64,000 bases of DNA from assembly GCF_009914755.1 (NCBI RefSeq), contig NC_060931.1; one strand, written 5' to 3'. The notes beneath the pieces are model-generated. The model ran no database searches, was not told the DNA's origin, and saw nothing but the letters and a program-made list of their open reading frames with translations. The position numbers were made by a program, and so were the translations under genes. This stretch comes from the human T2T-CHM13v2.0 reference genome, Homo sapiens. Every line of letters begins with the position of its first letter. Positions within the stretch are counted from its first letter, which is position 1. Positions 61,917-64,000 of the stretch are shown here, piece by piece.

Positions 61917-62045
61917 GGCCCGGCTTTGGGATGAGCAGTGCTGGGCCTGGCTTCCCCCAGGCAGTGCCACCCACTGGGGCCTTTGCCAGCTCCTTCCCAG
62001 CACCGCTGTTCCCCCCGCAGACCCCGCTTGTTCAGCAGCAGAATG
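61917..62045 (+). CDS. AGFG2: AGFG2 exon 10 (PGFGMSS...LVQQQN)
   Basis: Acceptor ctccatag; donor ATG|gtaaga; 129 nt, phase 1-1. Confidence 0.94.
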
Positions 62046-62300
62046 GTAAGAGCTGTAGATGGACAAACCCTTTCACCCCATCCCATCTCTGCATAGAGAT
62101 CAGTTAGTTGTTCCTCCGACCTCATCAGAGCCCATGCAGTGCCCTTTCTGACCAGCAGGGGGGACCAGGGAAGCACCAGACCCGCCCGGGTACTTCCACT
62201 GCTCTGTTCCCTTACTCCCCCAGTTTAGGAGGGCCCCCCTTGCTGTCCGCCTGCAGGAAGGCAGGCTGGTGTCAGCTGAGTGACTGCTCTCGCCCCCTAG

Positions 62301-62386
62301 GCTCTTCCTTCGGGGACTTAGGATCAGCCAAGTTGGGGCAGAGGCCACTGAGCCAGCCAGCTGGGATCTCCACCAACCCCTTCATG
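62301..62386 (+). CDS. AGFG2: AGFG2 exon 11 (SSFGDLG...ISTNPFM)
   Basis: Acceptor ccccctag; donor ATG|gtgagt; 86 nt. Confidence 0.95.
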
Positions 62387-63014
62387 GTGAGTGTGCCAGC
62401 AGGGGTGCTGTGGTAGGGCTCGTGGGCTTTCCCTCTGGGACAATCCTTCCAGAAGAGGCTGATGTGAGGTGGCCCCTGTGCCCCTTCCTCGTGAAGGTCT
62501 GCGTTGTCCAAGCCAGGGCTGAGCTTGGGCCTCAGCTCTTCTGGGCACTGGCATCTCCCATGCTGTTCCAGCCCTGCCCTTGGCTCCCTTCTCCCTCACT
62601 TTCCTTTTTTTTTTTTTTTTGAGACAGCCTCACTCTGTCTCCCAGGCCCAATCTCAGCTCACCGCAACCTCTACCTCCTGAGTTCAAGCAATTCTCCTGC
62701 CTCAGCCTCCCAAGTAGCAGGGACTACAGGTGTGCACCACCGCACATGGCTAATTTTTGTATTTTTAGTAGAGATAGGGTTTTCCCGTGTTGGCCAGGCT
62801 GGTCTTGAACTCCTGACCTCAGGTGATCAGCCCACCTTGGCCTGCCAAAGGGCTGGGATTACAGGCATGAGCTACCGTGCCTGGCCTTTTCTCCCTCACT
62901 TTCCCACTGCCCTCAGCATAGCGATTTTTCAGGAGAAAGGACTCCTGGCTGCCTTTCTTCTAAGCTTCCAGTTCCTCTCCCCTAACTGGAAAATGTATTG
63001 TTCTTTCTTTCCAG

Positions 63015-63074
63015 ACTGGACCCTCATCAAGCCCATTCGCCTCCAAACCTCCAACCACCAACCCCTTCTTGTAG
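63015..63074 (+). CDS. AGFG2: AGFG2 exon 12 coding part (TGPSSSPFASKPPTTNPFL*)
   Basis: Acceptor ttctttccag; TAG at 63072-63074. C-terminal NPFL is typical of the AGFG family. Confidence 0.96.
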   Translation, partial: TGPSSSPFASKPPTTNPFL

Positions 63075-64000
63075 CACTGTGTTTTTGGGGGGCCTCTTCC
63101 CTGCCTTCTGGGGCCCCTCTGCTCCCTAGAGCTCTGGTGACCACTTGCCTGTGGGCATTTCTATGGGCCTTGGGGATGGTGGAGGTGCTAATGCTTTGCT
63201 TGGGGCCTACAGGTGAAAGGTGGCTGCCCTCAGATTCCACAAAGCCTCTCTCCCCTCCCTCGTCCCACCCCCACCCAGGCAGGAAGCCCAGGAGGAGTGC
63301 GGGCAGGGCCTGACCTGGAGGAGTGATGGTTGAGGGGGAGGGATTTTTTTCAAATGATCAGTCCCCTGTGGAACAGCTCTTCCCTGGGCCTAGCTCGCCA
63401 GCGCTGTGCTCCTCATGGACGGGAGCGCAGTGGGGAAGGTAGGGGAAAGATGAGGCACAGTGTTGATGGGGCAGTGACCAGACAGTCCTGAGACCCAGAA
63501 GGCCCAGGTGGCCCAAGTGCTCTTGGTGGCCCAGCTTGGCCAGCACACACTTTCCTCCTGCAGCACCCCCTGCTGAAGGGGTCCCCCATTGTTTTGCTTC
63601 CCCAGCGCCCAGGATGAGCGGTTTACCATCGAGCTTACCCGGGCCCGGCTCCTGTCAAGCACTTTAGTTAGCTGTTGGTGTCATGTTTGGATACCAGTGT
63701 TTTATATTTATACATAGAGAGGATTTTCTAATATAGCCTATTATATATAAATAGATCTATCTATATGCACATACATACATATATACACACACCCAGCCGA
63801 TCTCCCGCTCCCAGACTGCTCTCGTATGTGGGGAATGGGATGAATCCCCATCTGTGCCTCGACCATCAAAGCCGGAGCTCCAGGGCTGGAGGGGGGGCAG
63901 CCATGTGTCCTGACCCCCACCATCCCCAGAGCCTGGGTTTTCCAGGGAAAGGCTTTGTGCAATTGCCTGGTCTTTTTTTTTTTTTTTTTTCTCCATGTGC
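63075..64000 (+). other. AGFG2: AGFG2 3'UTR (incomplete)
   Basis: Follows the stop codon. No AATAAA seen before the window end; AT/CA-rich patch at 63700-63792. Confidence 0.85.

Noticed and set aside
63072-63140. Stop-codon readthrough (TAG-C)
   Set aside because: Not the TGA-CTAG motif; the extension is short and unremarkable and would mask the terminal NPFL.
62504-63313. 269-aa ORF over intron 11 and the 3'UTR
   Set aside because: Largely antisense Alu and out of frame with exon 12.

Overview
Primate (human-like) genomic DNA with very high Alu density; no prokaryotic features. The right-hand 27 kb contain the complete coding region of AGFG2 (HRBL; ArfGAP with FG repeats 2) on the + strand. 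Twelve GT-AG exons run from ATG 37420 to TAG 63074 and join to 1446 nt (481 aa) with a CX2CX16CX2CX4R ArfGAP zinc finger, a DPF motif, FG motifs and four NPF motifs. They are preceded by a CpG-island promoter with six CCAAT boxes; the 3'UTR runs off the window. The left 36 kb are intergenic and built from nested mobile elements: roughly 80-90 Alus across the whole window (approximate hand count), a full-length SVA with a 13-bp TSD, a full-length 7SL retrocopy, L1/L2/MIR fragments, DNA-transposon MITEs, several LTRs, and colinear remnants of what appears to be one ancient ERV-L provirus spread over about 21 kb. I found no convincing novel multi-gene system. The best second-look items are a 33-nt in-frame cassette microexon in AGFG2 intron 6, a frame-preserving exon 2-3 module that would give a stop-free circle, an in-frame upstream alternative acceptor at exon 4, a 26-codon uORF, and a splice-site-bounded unique segment near the left end with weak Ig-V-like character. 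Repeat boundaries and subfamily names were assigned by eye and are approximate.
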